A stretch of DNA of 64,000 nucleotides from a virus (Duplodnaviria > Caudoviricetes), in IMG/VR virus record IMGVR_UViG_2551306247_000001, positions 1 through 64,000 of that record; one strand, written 5' to 3'. Below are positions 58,547-64,000 of this stretch, one piece after another; position 1 is the first letter of the stretch; every line of letters begins with the position of its first letter. The notes beneath the pieces were generated by a model that saw only the letters and a program-made list of their open reading frames with translations, was not told the origin of the DNA and searched no databases. The position numbers and the translations under genes are program-made.

Positions 58547-61500
58547 ATGGCAGAAGAACATACACAGCAGCCATCATCACGAGGAAAGAGCCGTCGAGAG
58601 AGGGTCGAGTATGCCAGGTCACGTGATATTTTAGATGTTGCTAATGAACTTAATATTGAGCTGGTTCAATCAGGACGAGACTATCGCTGGAAAGAACATG
58701 ATTCTATGGTTGTTTCCACTAAAAAAAATATGTGGAATTGGTTTTCACGTCATCAGGGTGGTGATGTTATTGCTTTAGTTCAAACAATAAAAGAAGTTGA
58801 CTTTAATCAGGCGATTGATTTTCTCAATGACGGCACCTTTAAAGAATTTACAAAAGTCGAACATGTGCAGGAACCCTTTTCTTATTATCTGGCTCCTTAT
58901 GAGCAGCCGTTTGAAGCTGCTAGAAGCTATCTAAAAGACCAACGTGGGCTTTCAGATGAAACCATTGGTTTTTTCTTTGAAAAAGGGGTACTTGCCCAGG
59001 CTAATGCCAAGGTAAACGGAAGTATCGAACCCGTTGTTGTCTTCAAATCACTTGATTTTTCAGGTGAGATTGTCGGAGCTACACTACAAGGTATTGAAGA
59101 AAATTGGGAGAAATGGCCTGAACGTGGCTATGCTAAGAATATTGTCAGAAACTCAGACGGTATTATTGGTATGCACGTAGATATCGGCCAACCTAACCGC
59201 CTTATCTTTGCGGAAAGTGCAATTGATCTAATGTCTTATTATGAATTACACCGAGACCACCTTCAAGATGTGCGGTTAATCTCAATGGATGGTCTGAAGG
59301 AAGCAGTTGTGGGCCGACATGTGGCGCAACTCCAGTCGGAAGTTTCAGGACGGCCTCTGACCTGGAGCCATGATCAGCTGGCGGAGGGGTTGCAGACTGC
59401 GATCGATAACGGCTTCTTTGCAGATGGTAAACATGCAGATTGGATCACCCTGGCAGTTGACAACGACGAAGGTGGACGGAATTTTATCGCCTCTTTACGT
59501 GAAAAAGGGGCTACTGTTACTGAGGATTTGCCTCTTTTGAAAGAAGGGCAAGTAAAAACTGACTGGAACGATGCACTCAAGCAGCCTCCTATTGATAATA
59601 GTCGCTTAGGTCAAGCTAGACGAAAACTAGATCGTTTGAATCAGGAATTCTCAGATGCTACAGAAGCAGTTTATGGACACGCGGCGCAGACAAATGGCCA
59701 GCCAATGAATGATAAACGTGGCGGTGCTAGATTCTTTAAACGTCAAGAACAGCTGGAGAATAGAGTCTTTGATAAGTTGAATGAAATCAAGAAGCAAGAA
59801 GAACGTGTTGAACGGCTAGAACAACAGGCAGAGTTCAAGGAACAGGGGCTCAATCGTCAAGGTACAGGCCTTGAGATGAGTGTTCAAAATATACCTCGGA
59901 TAAGAGAAGAACTTGAAAAGGCGGAACGTGGGGAATCAATGTATACCAAAGCCACCCTTAAACGCTACCGTGAGGAGTTAACTCGTCTGGAGAAAATTTC
60001 AGAACAGCTTGCAATGACAACCATTCAACCAGGTGCTCAAGCCTTGATAGAAGCTGGCAGCGTAACACAGTGGGAAAAACGGCCCAATCTGTACTTTGTA
60101 AAAGGACTACGTCGAGTAGCTCTTGAACTTGGTGAAGATGGAAACTTTAGAGAATCCGCCGGATACCGTCCACGTACTGCTGAAGAACAAGAGCGAGTTA
60201 ATGAACTATTAGAACAACAGGGCAAGAACGAGGGTGAACCTCAGATTTCCACAGTTGAAGCAGAACACAAAGAAGGGTTAATTCATGGGCAAACAAACGA
60301 GGGACAAGGTCTTCTATTTGAAAATCTTGTCGATGTAATACCAGCTTCAAATCATGCAACGGTACCAGAATTACAAGTTGTTTTTGATTTCTCAGAGAAT
60401 CCAAAATTGTCTAATCTGTATTCTTCAGAAGAGGTCATCCCTTATAATGACTTCATAGCTAATCTATATGAGGAAAATGAGTGGCAATCCATCAGCCCAG
60501 ACTTAGGGTATTATAAGACTTATTTTGCTTTGCAAGACGAATCAAGGAATCCTTTAACCCCCAAAATCCGCTTTGATATTGGTAGTGAAACTGAAGATCT
60601 CTCTGAACAATTGAGTCAGGATTTACCGAGTCCGTATTTGGAGTTGGCTCAAAAGGCAGATCATGACTACCATGCCAAAGTGTCCTATGATACTTTTAAA
60701 GCTAATCAAAAAGGACTATCTGAGGCAGTTCAAAGTCAAATTCAAGCGGGTGTCTTGCAGGTTACTCTCTCAGATGATGCCTATTTCTATACCTTGGTCA
60801 ACTATACTGGGTGGAGCCATCCTTTGCAGCAGTTGAAACCCAAAGCACTAGAGGGATTGAAAGAGTATCGTGCATTCTTTGAATCCATCAACGATACTAA
60901 TATTGAGCGGTTTAAAGAAAAAGGTACACCTGAACAGAATCGGATGTACGATATCTTAAAAAACCTTCAAAAAGATTTAGGTCGTTCAAATACTTCTACG
61001 GTCTTTTCAGAAGAAATAGCAATCAGTGCCTATAATCTCAATCGAAAATTAGAAAGTTTGACAGCTGAAAATTGGGCTAGTAGCATTGTAGATCCACTAG
61101 GCTCACTAGGCCGTGATGTATGGAATATTATCAATTACCCTGCTAACGACATTGTGACTGGAAATACAGACTACTATTTCCAGATAGTCCCCTATCACCT
61201 GCTAGAATACCTTAACGGTAAAACTGGAATTGTTGAAATATCTCTGGAAACTTATAATCATATTCTTCAACAGTTGAGAGATGAAGAAATCATTATTGCT
61301 CCTGAAACGCCTGAAGATGTTGCACAGGTAGAACATGGGAAGAAATCAACAGCTGAAGAAACAGTGCATGAAGCCCCTGCTTTATCGTCGGGAGGCTCAG
61401 AAGTTAGTCAAGAGGACCAAAAATGGCTAAAGGAGAACTGGGAGAATATTCGTTTCACTGTTCAGCCACCAAAAACTATCACAGGAAAAGATGAGGCCTC

Positions 61501-64000
61501 TTTCCAAGATCCAGAGCGGCAGCCAAATTTGCAAATTGTTTTTCAATCGTCTGGAGAACAGGTGATTTTAGATAAATACGAGCCAGGAGAAATTGTTCCT
61601 TACGATATATTTGTGAAAGATCTCTATTCGGAAAATAGGAAACGACTAGAGGAAGCAACTGAATTACCTACTTTCCCAGTACTACACCTACCAGGAGATG
61701 AAAGTGGAACCTGGTTTGATCTGCTAGACGAGAATGGGAACACCTTAATTGAAAGATTTAGGTACGACATTGGAGTAGAAAATGAGACGATTTCAGAAAG
61801 ATTGGAGCGCTCAATTCCCTCCGAATATCTGGAAATTGCACAACAGATAGATGCCCTATTCCCGAAAATATCGTTGCCAGAAGTTGTTCTAGAAGAACCA
61901 GGGATCCCCGTCACCATATATTCAGAGCATCAAAAGATTGGGACCATCGACCTCGACGATTTATTCAACAAAGGCGATTTAGGAATCATTTCAGATGAGC
62001 TAGGGTATGGTTGGGCAGTCAATCCAAGCAGAATGCTTGCAGTTATCAATGATGAAACATTGAACCAAGTTCAAGTAGATAATCTTATTGAACGAATGAT
62101 TGAGAATGGGATAAGTGGTGTTGATCTTAAACAATATCTGGATAATCCTGAATTTTCTTTGAAGAGTTATGCTGAGACAGGTGATATTGGCTTGCAGGAA
62201 AAAGAAAAAGCCCAAGAAGGGCAATCAGAGCAAAATAAAAAGGAGAGGACCAATGTTAGTAAGGGTTCTTTACAGCCCGAAGCTGAAGGCAGTGCCATAC
62301 CCGTGCCATCAGATGGCACCTTTGAGCCAGCTGTTACCAGCCACCCGACGTTATCCTCTCGTTACTTAAAGTTTACCATAGATAACGGCTATGTGTCAAA
62401 TGTCAGAGATGGCTACCATGTGATAAGCCAGAGAGAACTGGATAAACTCAATAATTTTGCACCTTCCATTCAGGAAATGGCCAACTGGTATCGAGATAAT
62501 CTAGCTTCATCAGATATATTGTATGTGGTTCAAAATGGTGCTGAGACAGATATTGTACGTCTGACTTTTGAGGAGAAAAATTTTTCGCATCTAACAGGCA
62601 TTCAACCTGTAGAAAAAAATCATAGTGCTGCCAAGACTTTACACGATTTTGCAGAAGGGATAGGGCATTACAATAATATTCTACTGGCTAATCAGAATAA
62701 CACGTTCAAGAAGTTAGGTGTATTGCCGAACTTAAAGGCAGTTCTTAATCCAGTATCCTTTTATTTCGATGATTTAGAAGAAATAAAACGGTTTAGACGT
62801 ATGGATGTTTCGAGGGCAATCAAGTCAGACGATGAAGACATTCTACTTGCGTTTAGAACTGTAGACGGGACTTCTTACCCAGCTACCTTACTGAAAGTTA
62901 AGGGAGGAGTAAAGGCTGATATTGATTCGGTAGAGGGTAAAACCATCCTTGGAATCTATCGTGAACGTGCTGGTCAGATTGAGCAGATAGCTGTCAACGA
63001 AAAGCTGGTAAAGGATAACGGTAAAGCGATGTTTGAAGTCTTGAAAAATCAAGAGTACGAAGAACCAGACCAGGAAATAGCAATAGAAGAAGCTCAACAA
63101 ATAGTAGATATTGACTCTGACGGAGATGGTTACACGGATCAGGTAGAGATTGCCTTAGGTACAGATCCTTTCGATAGCCGAGATCACCTAGGAAAGGCAA
63201 GAGAGGTTTCCACAGAACAGTTCACCCAAGTATTGGATGCTGTCTATAACGTTGGTGCCCCAGAAAGTCTTGAACGCATTCCAGAAGAGCTTCATGCGGC
63301 CTGGAATCGTTACTTTAGCTATGCTGAAGAGCATGGCGACGACTTAGGGAAAATCATTGCTGCAGCGGACGGTGATCAGCTGTTGGATAAGACCTCAAAC
63401 CTCTATCAAGAGTGGCATCAGGACCAGATATACCAGAATGATTACCATGTACGTATTCAGTGGGCGGAGGAGTGGCCAGAAGGTCCTCAGATTCCATTTA
63501 AGGAAACAGAGCTTGTAACCTACCAAACATTCATTGAAACGTTGTATGAGCAAAATCAAGCCTTCTATAAACGTCATCAAGACAGTATGGCAATAGTTAA
63601 TGAGACAGGAAACCAAGAGGCATATATTCCATTTACAAAAGTGAAATTTGATATATATGCTCCTGGTGGGACACTGATTAAGTCAGATGTTCGCTATAAT
63701 ATTGGTGATGAAACAGAACCGATTTCACGTCTGCTTGGTTTAGGCTATCGTCGTTTAGAAGGCCAACCTCAACTAGCTGCTATTGATAAACAGGTCCTTT
63801 CTCAGCTGGAAAATCAGGAAGTGAATCAGGAAATTTCTACGGAAGCTAATGAGCAGAGCTTGAAGGCGACAGAGATAATACCTGATGAAAGTGGTCATTC
63901 CAGGGGGAATTTCCATTCGCCTAATGAGGCTATGAAGGTTGGATTGACTCAACGGGTTGAAGAGATAATGGCAGAGGATGCAGCCAAGATTTTAGTTTCT
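58547..64000 (+). CDS. Large polyvalent protein (DUF3991/toprim, LPD25-like repeats, PBECR4-like); truncated by window end, absent from ORF track
   Basis: ATG 58547 after AAAGGAG; WNWFS...GGDVI, YL...RGLS, AESAIDLMSY, LAVDNDEGG toprim; NFSHLTGI; still in frame at 64000. Confidence 0.8.
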   Translation, partial: MAEEHTQQPSSRGKSRRERVEYARSRDILDVANELNIELVQSGRDYRWKEHDSMVVSTKKNMWNWFSRHQGGDVIALVQTIKEVDFNQAIDFLNDGTFKEFTKVEHVQEPFSYYLAPYEQPFEAARSYLKDQRGLSDETIGFFFEKGVLAQANAKVNGSIEPVVVFKSLDFSGEIVGATLQGIEENWEKWPERGYAKNIVRNSDGIIGMHVDIGQPNRLIFAESAIDLMSYYELHRDHLQDVRLISMDGLKEAVVGRHVAQLQSEVSGRPLTWSHDQLAEGLQTAIDNGFFADGKHADWITLAVDNDEGGRNFIASLREKGATVTEDLPLLKEGQVKTDWNDALKQPPIDNSRLGQARRKLDRLNQEFSDATEAVYGHAAQTNGQPMNDKRGGARFFKRQEQLENRVFDKLNEIKKQEERVERLEQQAEFKEQGLNRQGTGLEMSVQNIPRIREELEKAERGESMYTKATLKRYREELTRLEKISEQLAMTTIQPGAQALIEAGSVTQWEKRPNLYFVKGLRRVALELGEDGNFRESAGYRPRTAEEQERVNELLEQQGKNEGEPQISTVEAEHKEGLIHGQTNEGQGLLFENLVDVIPASNHATVPELQVVFDFSENPKLSNLYSSEEVIPYNDFIANLYEENEWQSISPDLGYYKTYFALQDESRNPLTPKIRFDIGSETEDLSEQLSQDLPSPYLELAQKADHDYHAKVSYDTFKANQKGLSEAVQSQIQAGVLQVTLSDDAYFYTLVNYTGWSHPLQQLKPKALEGLKEYRAFFESINDTNIERFKEKGTPEQNRMYDILKNLQKDLGRSNTSTVFSEEIAISAYNLNRKLESLTAENWASSIVDPLGSLGRDVWNIINYPANDIVTGNTDYYFQIVPYHLLEYLNGKTGIVEISLETYNHILQQLRDEEIIIAPETPEDVAQVEHGKKSTAEETVHEAPALSSGGSEVSQEDQKWLKENWENIRFTVQPPKTITGKDEASFQDPERQPNLQIVFQSSGEQVILDKYEPGEIVPYDIFVKDLYSENRKRLEEATELPTFPVLHLPGDESGTWFDLLDENGNTLIERFRYDIGVENETISERLERSIPSEYLEIAQQIDALFPKISLPEVVLEEPGIPVTIYSEHQKIGTIDLDDLFNKGDLGIISDELGYGWAVNPSRMLAVINDETLNQVQVDNLIERMIENGISGVDLKQYLDNPEFSLKSYAETGDIGLQEKEKAQEGQSEQNKKERTNVSKGSLQPEAEGSAIPVPSDGTFEPAVTSHPTLSSRYLKFTIDNGYVSNVRDGYHVISQRELDKLNNFAPSIQEMANWYRDNLASSDILYVVQNGAETDIVRLTFEEKNFSHLTGIQPVEKNHSAAKTLHDFAEGIGHYNNILLANQNNTFKKLGVLPNLKAVLNPVSFYFDDLEEIKRFRRMDVSRAIKSDDEDILLAFRTVDGTSYPATLLKVKGGVKADIDSVEGKTILGIYRERAGQIEQIAVNEKLVKDNGKAMFEVLKNQEYEEPDQEIAIEEAQQIVDIDSDGDGYTDQVEIALGTDPFDSRDHLGKAREVSTEQFTQVLDAVYNVGAPESLERIPEELHAAWNRYFSYAEEHGDDLGKIIAAADGDQLLDKTSNLYQEWHQDQIYQNDYHVRIQWAEEWPEGPQIPFKETELVTYQTFIETLYEQNQAFYKRHQDSMAIVNETGNQEAYIPFTKVKFDIYAPGGTLIKSDVRYNIGDETEPISRLLGLGYRRLEGQPQLAAIDKQVLSQLENQEVNQEISTEANEQSLKATEIIPDESGHSRGNFHSPNEAMKVGLTQRVEEIMAEDAAKILVS

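Larger units (their letters stand above)
44900..64000 (+). mobile_element. TnGBS1-like integrative conjugative element, partial; left boundary approximate
   Basis: pAMbeta1-type Rep plus ori, DUF2786, thioredoxin-like protein, oriT-like region, RHH proteins, MOB_L relaxase, toprim polyvalent protein; integrase and T4SS not in window. Confidence 0.7.

Noticed and set aside
59374-63616. Short ORFs, mostly minus-strand, listed in the track
   Set aside because: Shadows of the large plus-strand ORF starting at 58547
1-64000. Antibiotic resistance genes, tRNA/rRNA, reverse transcriptase or DGR
   Set aside because: None recognised in this window, although related elements often carry resistance cargo in regions not shown

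Overview
The window holds two adjacent mobile elements with the gene content of streptococcal elements; the host species cannot be determined from this sequence. Bases 1 to about 44,700 are most of a siphovirus-type prophage resembling the phi-m46.1/phi-SsUD.1 family. It carries an ImmA/IrrE peptidase-HTH regulator, a sigma-like protein, an inverted family-A DNA polymerase module, primase/helicase, VRR-NUC, SNF2, MetK with two DNA methyltransferases, an HNH/cos/terminase region, HK97-type head, tail with a -1 frameshift chaperone, holin, and an amidase-LysM-CHAP endolysin. Both large serine recombinases carry a single in-frame stop. Between the recombinases and two tandem remnants of the rumA (rlmD) 3' end, which are likely att scars, lies an AT-rich three-gene cassette with Mrr-like, HEPN-motif and PIN-like nuclease signatures; this is the best candidate for an undescribed defence system. 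From about 44,900 to the window end is the left part of a TnGBS1-like conjugative element: a pAMbeta1-type Rep with downstream origin, an oriT-like TG-rich region, RHH proteins, a MOB_L relaxase with an ArdC-like insert, and a polyvalent toprim/LPD25/PBECR4-like protein of at least 1818 aa that runs off the edge. Three recurring promoter-like motif families and an 11-bp-periodic repeat array were found by eye. All family assignments rest on motif recognition, not database searches.
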